The notes under the pieces: generated by a model
Told to the model about the DNA's origin: nothing
Seen by the model: the letters and a program-made list of their open reading frames with translations, nothing else
The model's database searches: none
Program-made: the position numbers and the translations under genes
Shown: piece after piece, positions 47,436 to 57,408 of the stretch
Position numbering within the stretch: position 1 is the first letter of the stretch
How the letters are laid out: each line of letters begins with the position of its first letter
Source: Calditrichia bacterium
Lineage (GTDB): Bacteria; Calditrichota; Calditrichia; JAJRVZ01
Assembly: GCA_963796965.1 (NCBI GenBank)
Contig: CAWCNS010000011.1
Location: 256,001-320,000, forward strand
Direction of reading: 5' to 3'
DNA length: 64,000 nt

Positions 47436-48260
47436 TTATCTTCGCGTGCCTTCCTGCTCGACAATTCTAAAGAAACCTGAGATTCGCTCCAAGGTTTCCA
47501 GATAACTATATTCTAAAAAATCACTAAGGGGTTTCGCATTGAGGAGACTACACTCCTCGAGCGAATCCAGGTAATAGTCTTTGTAATCCGTCATAATTAC
47601 GTCATAATAAAAACCATGAACCAACATTACATAGTCCCCTAAGGCCCGGGCAATTCGACCATTTCCATCATCAAAGGGATGGACGTGAGCAACAAGGTAA
47701 TGCGCCTGGGCAGAAATCTCTAGGATTTTGAAGAAATTATCTGCTGAGACCGATTGGTATGAGAATAGACGCTCATTAATGGCTGCAAATTGTTGGTGCA
47801 AAAGCTGTGATATCTGCGAAAAATGCGGAGGTTTATGACTTACAAGGTGAATATTCACCTCGGATTGACGAAATTGACCAGCGCCTTCTGTCCAACTCTT
47901 ATCAAATACCATGCGATGCATCTCAAGAAGCATTGATATAGAAATCTCTGTACCCTGCACTGCCTCCGACTCAAGCCACTTCAGCATGGAATCCTGACCT
48001 CTGAGTTCAACCGAAGCCTTCTCATACTCAGTAGAAATGTGCGATTTTTCCACTATTCCTGCATCGTGGAGCAGGACTTGTAAAAATATGCGGTCAACCC
48101 TTTTATCTTCGATAGCATTTGAATGGATTGCCTTAAGACATCTGAGGGCAGTCATCGCCTCTTCCCGTGCCAAAGGATACTGTTTGCCAAGCCTCTTTAG
48201 TTGCATAAACATTTCTAACAGGTGTTTCTTCTCGGATTGAGATAAAATAACTAATGTCAT
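47436..48260 (-). CDS. Fic-family protein
   Basis: HPFDDGNGRIAR; SNAIED. Confidence 0.9.
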   Translation of the reverse strand: MTLVILSQSEKKHLLEMFMQLKRLGKQYPLAREEAMTALRCLKAIHSNAIEDKRVDRIFLQVLLHDAGIVEKSHISTEYEKASVELRGQDSMLKWLESEAVQGTEISISMLLEMHRMVFDKSWTEGAGQFRQSEVNIHLVSHKPPHFSQISQLLHQQFAAINERLFSYQSVSADNFFKILEISAQAHYLVAHVHPFDDGNGRIARALGDYVMLVHGFYYDVIMTDYKDYYLDSLEECSLLNAKPLSDFLEYSYLETLERISGFFRIVEQEGTRR

Positions 48261-48410
48261 ATCTAGATATCTTTTTGGGGGTAGAATCTTATCATCATCA
48301 TTTGTAAAACGAGTATAGTTATTTAAAAACTTAAAAAGTTACTATCATTTTCATTATTAGAAGTATGCAGGGCACACAAATTATACCCAACCCAATAATT
48401 TTAGATGGAT

Positions 48411-48728
48411 CTATGGTAGAAACATTTCTTGCGAAAGATTGAGAATTTTTTCAGATGTGGAATTATCTATTTTACCAAGTCGCTTGACTAATCGAAATTT
48501 ATCAACAGTTCTTATTTGATCCAGGATTATTTGTCCTTGTTTGCCCTGAAATTTACAAGAAATTCTCGTTGGATAGTCTCTACCCTTCGTTGTCATTGGG
48601 GCTATGATAACACTGGAAATATGATCATTCATTTCATTAGGTGAGATGATGGTTGCCGGTCTCGTTTTTTTGATTTCTCTACCTTTAGTAGGATCCAAAT
48701 TGACAAGATAGACATCAAATCTTTTCAT
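48411..48728 (-). CDS. mazF: MazF/PemK toxin
   Basis: LDPTKGREIKKTRP, DQIRTVDK.RL. Confidence 0.92.
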   Translation of the reverse strand: MKRFDVYLVNLDPTKGREIKKTRPATIISPNEMNDHISSVIIAPMTTKGRDYPTRISCKFQGKQGQIILDQIRTVDKFRLVKRLGKIDNSTSEKILNLSQEMFLP

Positions 48729-48734
48729 ATAATC

Positions 48735-48995
48735 TTACCATTCCCATTCGTCTTCTTCAAAGGCGGTCTGACTAGGAAGATATTCTTCATCAACTAGCTG
48801 ATCATCCTCAAATTCAGCCATTTTGCGGAATGAGCTATTCCACCCTTTTCTGACCGACTTTTTAGATGGGCGCAAGATTATCCGATCATCTTCAACTTCA
48901 AGATTTACTTCATCATCAATGCCAGTTTGATGCAGTAAAACTTTTGGTATACGAATACCTTTTGAATTACCTATTTTTACAATTTTTACTTTCAT
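48735..48995 (-). CDS. mazE: MazE/AbrB antitoxin
   Basis: KIGNSKGIRIPK; upstream palindrome TGTAATTACA at 49004-49013. Confidence 0.9.
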   Translation of the reverse strand: MKVKIVKIGNSKGIRIPKVLLHQTGIDDEVNLEVEDDRIILRPSKKSVRKGWNSSFRKMAEFEDDQLVDEEYLPSQTAFEEDEWEW

Positions 48996-49040
48996 ATCTC
49001 AAATGTAATTACAATATACCTACAACGCAATTAAAATTAT

Positions 49041-49092
49041 TGCTAACGGTCACTGCTAACCTCGTTCTACGAGGTGGAGCAGTTGGTCAGAT
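49041..49092 (-). other. Compact attC site
   Basis: ATCTGAC CAACT GCTCCACC TCGTAGAACGA GGTTAGC AGTGACC GTTAGCA; shares TAACGGTCACTGCTAAC (plus strand) with the sites at 40790 and 42699. Confidence 0.8.
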
Positions 49093-49097
49093 GCCTG

Positions 49098-49316
49098 TTA
49101 TCTTCTTCTAGTTTCTTTAAGAACATCAATGATTTCTTGGGAACTCAAATCAATATTAACTCCCCTTACATTTAATGGAGATTCAACTCTTGGTAATGGA
49201 GATAAGACAAAGGAAGATCCATCTCTCTTTTTTATCAAGACTTTTCCTTCCTTCTTTGCTTTGTCTAATACTGCCGAAAAATTTTGTCTTGCTTCTGAAT
49301 ATGTATATGTTGTCAT
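49098..49316 (-). CDS. Phd/YefM-family antitoxin
   Basis: YTYSEARQNFSAVLD. Confidence 0.85.
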   Translation of the reverse strand: MTTYTYSEARQNFSAVLDKAKKEGKVLIKKRDGSSFVLSPLPRVESPLNVRGVNIDLSSQEIIDVLKETRRR

Positions 49317-49318
49317 AT

Positions 49319-49726
49319 TTACACCTCAATTACTTTTAGGCCTTCGATTTTTGCTACTTTAATTAAATTTTTGTCCAGTGATAATAATGGAGCATTTAAT
49401 TCTTTAGCAGCAGCAATAAAATAGGCATCATAAGCATATATTTTATGTTTTAGAGAGATATCCAATACACTTTCCAAATCCAAATCAGAAAATCTGATTG
49501 GTATTTCAGTATAGTAGCTCAAGGCAACTTTTGCTTGTTTTAGAGTCAACTTATTCCGTTTGAACATCGCTGAGAATGCATTACCAATTTCCCAATGCAG
49601 GGACGCTGGAGCGAAAAGATTTACTCCGGTAGTTAATTCTATAATTTTTTTCTTATTTTTTTCATTTGTTATAACAGCAATAATAATTGATGTGTCAACT
49701 ATGATATTCAATTCAAATTCTCCCAT
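49319..49726 (-). CDS. VapC/PIN toxin
   Basis: IVDTS, WEIGNA, YAYDAY, LLSLD. Confidence 0.88.
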   Translation of the reverse strand: MGEFELNIIVDTSIIIAVITNEKNKKKIIELTTGVNLFAPASLHWEIGNAFSAMFKRNKLTLKQAKVALSYYTEIPIRFSDLDLESVLDISLKHKIYAYDAYFIAAAKELNAPLLSLDKNLIKVAKIEGLKVIEV

Positions 49727-50092
49727 ATGTACAATTGTACAAATAATATAAAGAAATGTTTCATCGCAGGCAAATTTATGACGGGCATTCTAACCTTATA
49801 AATAAGAGAAAAGAATTTCCCTCCACATTTTGATTCTGTAGAAACCCTTGGTATATTTGTAGGCTTCATGAAGTAGTGACTGTTTGGAAACAAAACGACA
49901 AATCAAGAAATTAAAAGATAGCATTTTTGCTAAAAAATCATTTTGGAAAATGACCCTTCCAGATTTTATATTAACTTTTTGCCAGTCTTAAATCCCTTCA
50001 CTGATTCGTATCATTGCAGAGCAATTCAGACATATCGAAGTAAAACCCGATATAATTCGGGATATGTAACATTTTATTAATACAGGATTTAT

Positions 50093-51763
50093 ATGAATTT
50101 ATTTAAAGAAATTGGTGTCGATCAAAAAATAATTGAGGCCATTGCCAAATTAGGTTTTGAAGAGCCCCTGCCAATCCAAAAAGAAGTACTTCCGCTACTA
50201 TTAGAGGATTCTCATCCGGATATCATTGCCCAGGCGCAAACGGGAACCGGTAAAACTGCTGCTTTTGGCATTCCGGTGGTTCAAAAATCTGACGTATCTA
50301 CAAAAAATACGCAATATTTAATTCTCAGCCCTACGCGTGAATTATGTATGCAAATCACAAATGATATATCAGACTTTGCATCAAATCATCCGAAAGTTAA
50401 GATTGTCGCTGTATTTGGTGGTGCAGATATTGAGAAACAGATAAGAAAAATAAAAAAGGGTGTTCATATTATCTCAGCGACGCCCGGTAGATTGTTGGAT
50501 CTCATCAACAGGGGTGTCGTTGATATTTCATCCGTAAAGACAGTCATATTGGATGAGGCAGATGAGATGTTAAATATGGGCTTCCGCCCGGACTTGGAGG
50601 CCATATTAGTTAAAACACCCAAACAAAAGAATATTCTCCTTTTTTCCGCCACCATGTCCAGGGAAGTTCGCACCATCGCCAATCGTTATATGCACAAACC
50701 AGTCGAAATCTCCGTCGGCAAACCCAATGCGGGTGCGACGAATATTGAACATATTGCCTATACCGTTCAAAATAAAGATAAGGACAATGTCCTGAGGCGA
50801 ATCCTGGACGTTTCCAGCGATATTTATGGTATAATATTTTGTAAAACACGAAAAGAAACCAGAAGAATAGCTGACCTTTTAATGCAGGAGGGTTATCCGG
50901 CGGACGCTTTAAATGGCGATTTATCTCAGGCCCAACGCGATCAGGTTATGAAAAAGTTTCGCACTAAAACCATCAATCTTCTTGTCGCTACAGATGTGGC
51001 AGCACGTGGCCTGGATGTTGATGATCTCACCCATATTATAAATTACACGCTTCCGGATGATAGCGAGGTCTATGTTCATCGCAGTGGTCGAACCGGTCGT
51101 ATTGGAAAATCGGGGATCTCCATCGTCCTGGCAAATCATAAAGAGCTCAAACAGTTGCCACGGGTGGAAAGACAGTTGAAGAAAAAGTTTGCCTTCGAAG
51201 ACATCCCCTCTCTTGAGGATGTGTCTGCACTCAAGATTCAATCCTTTGTAGACAGATTAATGAAAGTGGACGTCCACCCTGAACAGATGGCTACCATTCT
51301 TCCAGATGTCTATAAAAAGTTAGAGCAACTTAGCCGGGAAGAGATAATCGAAAAATTTGTTGCTCTGGAATTTAAATCATTAATTTTACGGGCAGATCAA
51401 ATATCTGAACCGGACTCAGCACATAAAACCAGAAGGCCGAGTAAAATTAAAATCCAGAGAAAAAACTTTACACGGTTTTTTATAAATCTGGGTAAGACGC
51501 ATCAGTTAAAACCAGCGATCCTCATTGGAATGATTAATGATTTCACAAAGATCAGAGGGATTAATATTGGTGAGATTGAAATTCTAAATAATTTCTCATT
51601 TTTTGAAACAGAGAATACCTATGCAACCCATATTCTTGATTCATTTCGGGGTAAAACGCTAAAAAAGCGCGCCATCATTGTTGAAAGAGCGGAAGCAAAA
51701 ACAGCAGAGAAAAAGCCCAGAGCAATAAAAGTGAAAAGAAGAAAAAAAGAATCCACGATTTAA
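50093..51763 (+). CDS. DEAD-box RNA helicase with DbpA-type RNA-binding domain
   Basis: AQTGTGKT, PTREL, DEAD, SAT, HRSGRTGR. Confidence 0.95.
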   Translation: MNLFKEIGVDQKIIEAIAKLGFEEPLPIQKEVLPLLLEDSHPDIIAQAQTGTGKTAAFGIPVVQKSDVSTKNTQYLILSPTRELCMQITNDISDFASNHPKVKIVAVFGGADIEKQIRKIKKGVHIISATPGRLLDLINRGVVDISSVKTVILDEADEMLNMGFRPDLEAILVKTPKQKNILLFSATMSREVRTIANRYMHKPVEISVGKPNAGATNIEHIAYTVQNKDKDNVLRRILDVSSDIYGIIFCKTRKETRRIADLLMQEGYPADALNGDLSQAQRDQVMKKFRTKTINLLVATDVAARGLDVDDLTHIINYTLPDDSEVYVHRSGRTGRIGKSGISIVLANHKELKQLPRVERQLKKKFAFEDIPSLEDVSALKIQSFVDRLMKVDVHPEQMATILPDVYKKLEQLSREEIIEKFVALEFKSLILRADQISEPDSAHKTRRPSKIKIQRKNFTRFFINLGKTHQLKPAILIGMINDFTKIRGINIGEIEILNNFSFFETENTYATHILDSFRGKTLKKRAIIVERAEAKTAEKKPRAIKVKRRKKESTI

Positions 51764-51892
51764 TCCACGAATTAATCCACGGATTACACGAATTTTGATA
51801 AATGAAAGTAGAAAAGCCGTAAGCAGAAAGCAGTGAACTTCTGCTTGGCATTTCTTTTATTTAATTCATCTAAATTCGTGAAATTCGTTCTT

Positions 51893-52330
51893 CTAATTCG
51901 TGTAATTCGTGGACAAAAAACGATCACGCAAACCCCCTCTCGGCACCATACAAGAATCCTTCCTTCCGAACCAACGGTATCTATTTTCTGCCACCCAATC
52001 GTAGATTTTATCACGAATTCTAAGGGGAATGATTATACCCATGTAAAGAAGAGGCCATGGGAATTTTAACAAATTTACAATTTCTAAAAATGCCGTGGAT
52101 TTGAAGTAAGCCTGGCCATCTTTGATCAACACAATCGTATCAAACTGGTCTGTGGGCATATCCAACCAATTGAGAATTTCTCCGCTTACATCATCCTGAA
52201 TCCAGGCAAATTTAAATATCCCTCTTTTGTCATGTTTATAAACAAATTGCAGAAATCCCGAACAGAGATTGCAGACACCATCAAAGAGGATGAGGTGGGG
52301 ATGTGCGTTGATTATCTGGGGATTCTTCAT
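51893..52330 (-). CDS. DCC1-like thiol-disulfide oxidoreductase (DUF393)
   Basis: FDGVCNLC, YDWVAENRYRWFG. Confidence 0.9.
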   Translation of the reverse strand: MKNPQIINAHPHLILFDGVCNLCSGFLQFVYKHDKRGIFKFAWIQDDVSGEILNWLDMPTDQFDTIVLIKDGQAYFKSTAFLEIVNLLKFPWPLLYMGIIIPLRIRDKIYDWVAENRYRWFGRKDSCMVPRGGLRDRFLSTNYTN

Positions 52331-52347
52331 AGTATGTTAAATTGCGA

Positions 52348-52526
52348 TAGCACACGGATGACACGGATTTATATTTAAGATAAAGCAAATCCATTTATGA
52401 TGTCATCCCGAATTTATTTCGGGATCTCATACAATTACACTAAAGATGCTGAAACAAGTTCAGCATGACGTAGGATACTTAATATAATCCGTGAATATCC
52501 GTATAATCCGTGTCATCCGTGTGCTA
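52348..52526. repeat. TAGCAC-terminated inverted-repeat element with nested GTCAT-type hairpin pair
   Basis: Arms TAGCACACGGATGACACGGAT / ATCCGTGTCATCCGTGTGCTA; inner hairpins 52402-52426 and 52445-52469. Confidence 0.85.
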
Positions 52527-52528
52527 TG

Positions 52529-53629
52529 CTATTTTCCAGGAATTAGAAATGACTGAATGTATGTTTCCGTGGCGTCGATCATTTTTTGCATCGGGAATTT
52601 TTCCTGAACTAATTTCCTTGCCGCTGAGCCCATTTCTTTCCTTCGTTTATCATCACCAAGAAGAGCCAGGGTCTCATCTGTCATTTGTATCACAGCATCG
52701 GGAGGTACAACGATCCCCACTTCTCTATTCACAATCGCTTCAGAAACACCCCCCACATCAAAACCAACCACCGGTGTGGCCATCAACATGGATTCAATAA
52801 CCACATTGGGAATTCCTTCGCTAGAAGAAGTTAATAATACCAGGTCACAGAAATGGTAGAGTTCAAAAACATCTCTTTGCATTCCCAACAGGAAAACAGA
52901 ATCTTCAATTTTCAATCTTTTAATATAATCTTCAATTTTTTGCTGGTCTTCACCCTCTCCCACAATCAGAAATAGGGCATCTGGAATTTTTTCGTGTATA
53001 CTTTTAGCCGCCTCAAGAAAATAATGATGTTGCTTTTGATTGTGTAGACGACCAAATATCCCAATAACGGGACGATTTTCAGGCAGATTATATTTTTTCC
53101 TGACTTCTTCTTTGTTATCAGGCAGGGGAACATCGGTTTCCAGACCATTATTGATCACCCGCACCAAATCGGGATTCACCCAGCCATACGAGACATATTG
53201 GTTTTTGAAGGCTGTTGCATTTACGATGATTCCATCAATCAGATATTTAACAATAAATTTGTCGACCACTTTATCGGTAAGAATCGGCAAACCATGCATG
53301 GGAACTATAATTGGTCGTGTTGATATTCTACCAGCTAAGCCAGCAATTTTAGCATCCTTATTAAATGCCAGGAGTACAACATCTATTTTATGGCTTTTGT
53401 AGATTGCAGATAGTTTTAGGACAGGTGTTGGCAGTAAATCGCCACCAATTTTAATTGGTATGGTTGCCAGACCCAGATCTGCTGCTTTTTCGAGAAATTT
53501 TGATTCCGGGCGGCCAGCTACGGTGATAGTATGCCCCTTATCCCGTAATCCAGCAGCGGTGGTCGTCATCCATTTCTCCCCACCACCCCAGATCTCTTTG
53601 TGAATGCTGTTAAAAATCAAAATATTCAT
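52529..53629 (-). CDS. Glycosyltransferase family 4
   Basis: WGGGEKW, GRL...K, EGIPNVVIESM. Confidence 0.92.
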   Translation of the reverse strand: MNILIFNSIHKEIWGGGEKWMTTTAAGLRDKGHTITVAGRPESKFLEKAADLGLATIPIKIGGDLLPTPVLKLSAIYKSHKIDVVLLAFNKDAKIAGLAGRISTRPIIVPMHGLPILTDKVVDKFIVKYLIDGIIVNATAFKNQYVSYGWVNPDLVRVINNGLETDVPLPDNKEEVRKKYNLPENRPVIGIFGRLHNQKQHHYFLEAAKSIHEKIPDALFLIVGEGEDQQKIEDYIKRLKIEDSVFLLGMQRDVFELYHFCDLVLLTSSSEGIPNVVIESMLMATPVVGFDVGGVSEAIVNREVGIVVPPDAVIQMTDETLALLGDDKRRKEMGSAARKLVQEKFPMQKMIDATETYIQSFLIPGK

Positions 53630-53914
53630 AAAGCTTTTCCCTATTAATAGCCCACGATCTCTTTAAACCGCAAAGCGCAAAGAAGGCGCAAATTACGCAA
53701 AGAAGATATTAGTGTTTAAGATAAAGCGAATCCAAAATTATGATGTAATTCCGATTTTCATGCAATTCGAAGTTTAAAAATACAATTAACATCTGTAAAG
53801 ATGCTGAAACATATTTCAATCAATGACACATTTAGTAAACTTAAAATAAAATAATAATATAAATTTCGTGCTAAACTCTTTGCGTGTGCATTTTAATCGT
53901 GGGCTATTCTTACC

Positions 53915-55531
53915 TTAGTTGGCGCTAAAAACCTGACCAAAGCCAAAGGAAAAACCTATACCGCGATTATCACTAAGTGGATAACCAAAATCAATCCGCA
54001 TGACCGGTGAACCCGGTGCTTTTGTAATTCCTATTCGAAGACCAAATCCAACACTGTAATTCAACAGATTCATGTCAATTTCCTGCCCCCGTTTCCAGAC
54101 ATGACCGACATCAAAAAAGATCACACCGCCCAGAGCAAGCGTTAAAATATCGACAGAACTGAATAATCGGCTTTCCAGGTTCATCACAAATTTTTTATCA
54201 CCACTGAATTCACGGGCGTTAAACCCGCGAAGATTGGTATCTCCTCCCAATAAGAACTGACTGGATTCTTCAAGATTCCGTGCCAGGGACCAGTTCATAT
54301 TAAAAGCCCAGGTTTGCCAGGGCAGCATTCTAAAATAATATTTAAACAAAAAAGATGTAATGGTATTATTATAGAATTGAGTTTGGTAGCCAACAGTACT
54401 GAATAAAAAGTGCTTTTTTAAAAAGTGGAAATTATAACGGTATTGCAGACCGAGTTCCCATCGTTTAATACCCCTTGGAACAGGAAATCCCGTTCTTGTT
54501 ACACTACCACTGGCCACCCATCCCATCCGAAAATCTTCAGTTCTATAGAATTTATCTATCTTTTGTCCCTTGGCAAATCCAATATTTTCTACAGAAGCCC
54601 CCAAAGAGGTTGAATGAAGTAGTTCATCATCAGGAAGTGGTGTGGTGGTCTGACCCTCAATAGGACTAAAATCCCGATTCTGGTAATTATAAGAGAGTTG
54701 AATGCGCTTTTTACGAAATCGCTCTCCAAATGCCCGTGAGATATAGGCATAGGCCCCTTCTGTCTGATAGGTGATACGGCTTACTTCTGCCCCCTGCTCG
54801 AACAATCTCTGGGTCTCATCAAGATAGTAGCCACCAAAACCACCGGCCCAACGGGTATCAAGTGAGATATAAGGACGGGCAAAATCTACCGTTACACTTT
54901 TGATTAATGGACCTGCATTTAAGCGGGCATTTCCCTTCCACCTGGTCCCAAATAATTGCGGATCTCCATAAGAAGTGGTCCATGTCCAACCCACATCCGA
55001 TTCATTTACCCCCTGAATAAATAGGTTTTTACCTAAACCAAGGAAGTTTACTTCCTCAAAATTGCCACCAATTTTGGTTAAACCCCCGCCGCTTTCCAAA
55101 ACATAAGATACTACCGTGCTCCATTGATCTTTTGTATATACATGAATATCGACAGAATCACTATATAGCGTATCGATGAGTATCTTGTTATCACCAAGAA
55201 AGTCCAGATCACGTAAGTTTCGCTCCGTTTCCTCCTTTATATCGTTGTCCAGACTGTCGCCCTCTTCAAACAACAATTCATTACGTATTACACTTTCTTT
55301 TGTAACCACATGAAGATCATTGGCCAAACGATACACAAGATCTTTACTCTTCAGGCTATCTGGAAAAATATTCTGCCGATGAATATGAATCTTGCGGATA
55401 TACCTGGTAGAATCTTGTATGGATTGACCAAACCCCGGTAAGGTCAGGCCCATTATCACCGTTATATAAAACATAAGGTATGAACATCGATTCAATAAAT
55501 TTGTCCGGGAGTTTGTCATGTATTTTATCAC
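53915..55531 (-). CDS. BamA/TamA (Omp85)-family outer membrane protein
   Basis: POTRA-like TKESVIRNELLF, NFLGLG, LRGF, FFDVG, RIDFGYP. Confidence 0.85.
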   Translation of the reverse strand: MIKYMTNSRTNLLNRCSYLMFYITVIMGLTLPGFGQSIQDSTRYIRKIHIHRQNIFPDSLKSKDLVYRLANDLHVVTKESVIRNELLFEEGDSLDNDIKEETERNLRDLDFLGDNKILIDTLYSDSVDIHVYTKDQWSTVVSYVLESGGGLTKIGGNFEEVNFLGLGKNLFIQGVNESDVGWTWTTSYGDPQLFGTRWKGNARLNAGPLIKSVTVDFARPYISLDTRWAGGFGGYYLDETQRLFEQGAEVSRITYQTEGAYAYISRAFGERFRKKRIQLSYNYQNRDFSPIEGQTTTPLPDDELLHSTSLGASVENIGFAKGQKIDKFYRTEDFRMGWVASGSVTRTGFPVPRGIKRWELGLQYRYNFHFLKKHFLFSTVGYQTQFYNNTITSFLFKYYFRMLPWQTWAFNMNWSLARNLEESSQFLLGGDTNLRGFNAREFSGDKKFVMNLESRLFSSVDILTLALGGVIFFDVGHVWKRGQEIDMNLLNYSVGFGLRIGITKAPGSPVMRIDFGYPLSDNRGIGFSFGFGQVFSAN

Positions 55532-55858
55532 AGATTCTTATTCTGTTCCTAATACTCCTTTCGTAGAATTAGGTTCAGTCTCTCATTTTTTATAATTTCT
55601 GGTCACTTCTTAAGCACAGCCAGACTTCAAAAATCACAAATATCTCTAAAGTTAAAAAATAATCCGATATTTCCGAAATGAAATTTGATGGAATTTCTAT
55701 TGGAGGTCTATAGTTAAATCTAACATAAGACAAGATAATTTTAATTCAATAGGTCAGATGATTTAAAACGGATGAGTCAATCGAGCTGTATCTTAATCAT
55801 CTCACACTAAAAAGACCACGGCCCGATAAGGCCTAAATAATTATAGAAGGAGTTTTTT

Positions 55859-56809
55859 ATGAGTGATCAAAAAGTAATTGCTGTTGTGGGTGCGACTGGT
55901 GCCCAGGGTGGCAGTCTGGTTCGTGCCATCTTAGCAGACAAGAGTGGCAATTTCAAAGCCCGCGCTATCACAAGAGATGTCAATTCCGACAAAGCCAAGG
56001 CTTTAGCAGCATTAGGGGCAGAGGTTGTTTCTGCCGATGTGGATGATCCACAAAGTTTAGTAAAGGCTTTTGAGGGGGCCTATGGCGCTTTCTGTGTTAC
56101 CTTTTTCTGGGAGCATTTTTCACCGGAAAAGGAGATGCAACATGCCAAAAATATGGCCGATGCTGCCCAGGCATGTGCTGTCAAACATGTAGTCTGGTCA
56201 ACCCTGGAAGATACACGCAAATGGGTGCCGCTTAGTGATGACCGTATGCCGACCTTAATGGAAAAATATAAAGTACCACATTTTGACGCCAAGGGTGAGT
56301 CAAACGCGTTCTTCACTGAAACAAACCTGCCTGTTACCATCTTAAACACATCTTTTTACTGGGAAAATATGATCTACTTCGGTATGGGACCAAAAAAAGG
56401 TGAGGATGGTAAATTAGCCATCACATTCCCGATGGGTAATAAAAAACTTCCCGGAATCAGTGCAGAGGACATTGGTAAAAGCGCCTATGGCATTTTTAAA
56501 AAAGGATCTGAATATATCGGCAAAACCATAGGGATATCCGGTGAATTTGTCACCGGTGCGCAAATGGCTGCTACGCTTAGTAAAGCAATGGGAAAAGAGA
56601 TTGTTTATAACGATGTACCACCCGAGGTTTACAGAAGTTTCGGTTTTCCAGGTGCGGAGGACCTTGGTAATATGTTTCAGTTCAAACGTGATTTCGAAAC
56701 AGAATTCACAAGCCAGCGGAATATTGCTGAAACAAAGACGCTAAACCCGGATCTGCAAAATTTTGAGACCTGGGTTGCCAGAAATAAAGATAAGATCCCG
56801 ATGGAATAG
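55859..56809 (+). CDS. NmrA/HSCARG-family protein
   Basis: VVGATGAQGGS, VPHFDAK. Confidence 0.92.
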   Translation: MSDQKVIAVVGATGAQGGSLVRAILADKSGNFKARAITRDVNSDKAKALAALGAEVVSADVDDPQSLVKAFEGAYGAFCVTFFWEHFSPEKEMQHAKNMADAAQACAVKHVVWSTLEDTRKWVPLSDDRMPTLMEKYKVPHFDAKGESNAFFTETNLPVTILNTSFYWENMIYFGMGPKKGEDGKLAITFPMGNKKLPGISAEDIGKSAYGIFKKGSEYIGKTIGISGEFVTGAQMAATLSKAMGKEIVYNDVPPEVYRSFGFPGAEDLGNMFQFKRDFETEFTSQRNIAETKTLNPDLQNFETWVARNKDKIPME

Positions 56810-56850
56810 ACACAGTAAAAGAGTGATTTTTCTTAGATCCAAATTTGTCA

Positions 56851-56993
56851 TAGCACGCGGATGACACAGATCAGACGGATTCTCACCGATCTTTTTTTAT
56901 TTTCTTAATTTAAATCCTCAAAATATATTTTGAGATTTAAATTAAGAAATAAAATCAGTGGAAATCCGTCTGATCTGTGTCATCCGCGTGCTA
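56851..56993. repeat. ~143-bp near-perfect palindrome with TAGCAC termini and 9-bp-periodic arms
   Basis: TAGCACGCGGATGACACAGATCAGACGGATT ... AATCCGTCTGATCTGTGTCATCCGCGTGCTA; the terminal TAG is the GxxExxY stop codon. Confidence 0.9.
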
Positions 56994-57371
56994 TTTCCTA
57001 TCGTTTGTATAAATCTTCCTTCTAATTTCCGCTTTCTTTCCAAAGTTTAGTAACAGACCAATCTCTATATTTGTAGATTTTAAATAATTTAGTAATTGTG
57101 CTTCATGTTCCCTACAAAGATTTTCAGCTGCCTTCAATTCTATCATAACTTTATCATCCACTAATAAGTCAACGTAGTATTCACCAACTATTTTTCCATC
57201 ATATAATACCTTGATATTTTTTTGCTTTTCAACTATACACCCTAATTTCTGAAGTTCAATAATCATCGAATTTTCATAGACTTTTTCCAGAAATCCATAT
57301 CCAAGATTATTATATACGTTGAAAAATGCACGAATAATCTTTTCTGTAATTACATTGTGTTGCATTTTCAT
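56991..57371 (-). CDS. GxxExxY family protein (PD-(D/E)XK nuclease-like)
   Basis: LGYGFLEKVYEN, DLLV...IELKA, QLLNYLK, GLLLNFG. Confidence 0.92.
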   Translation of the reverse strand: MKMQHNVITEKIIRAFFNVYNNLGYGFLEKVYENSMIIELQKLGCIVEKQKNIKVLYDGKIVGEYYVDLLVDDKVMIELKAAENLCREHEAQLLNYLKSTNIEIGLLLNFGKKAEIRRKIYTNDRK

Positions 57372-57393
57372 TTCCTCTTTAAGGAAATGTTAG

Positions 57394-57408
57394 GCAAACC
57401 ACATGCCA
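57394..57408 (-). promoter_or_regulatory. Sigma54-consensus promoter upstream of the GxxExxY gene
   Basis: TGGCAT-GTGGT-TTGC, 23 bp before the ATG; RBS AAGAGG. Confidence 0.5.

Noticed and set aside
47255..47464. Cys-rich peptide or RiPP precursor after fic
   Set aside because: No maturation genes nearby and no recognisable motif; may be spurious or frameshifted.
39400..50000. Integron integrase gene
   Set aside because: No tyrosine-recombinase motifs in any listed ORF.
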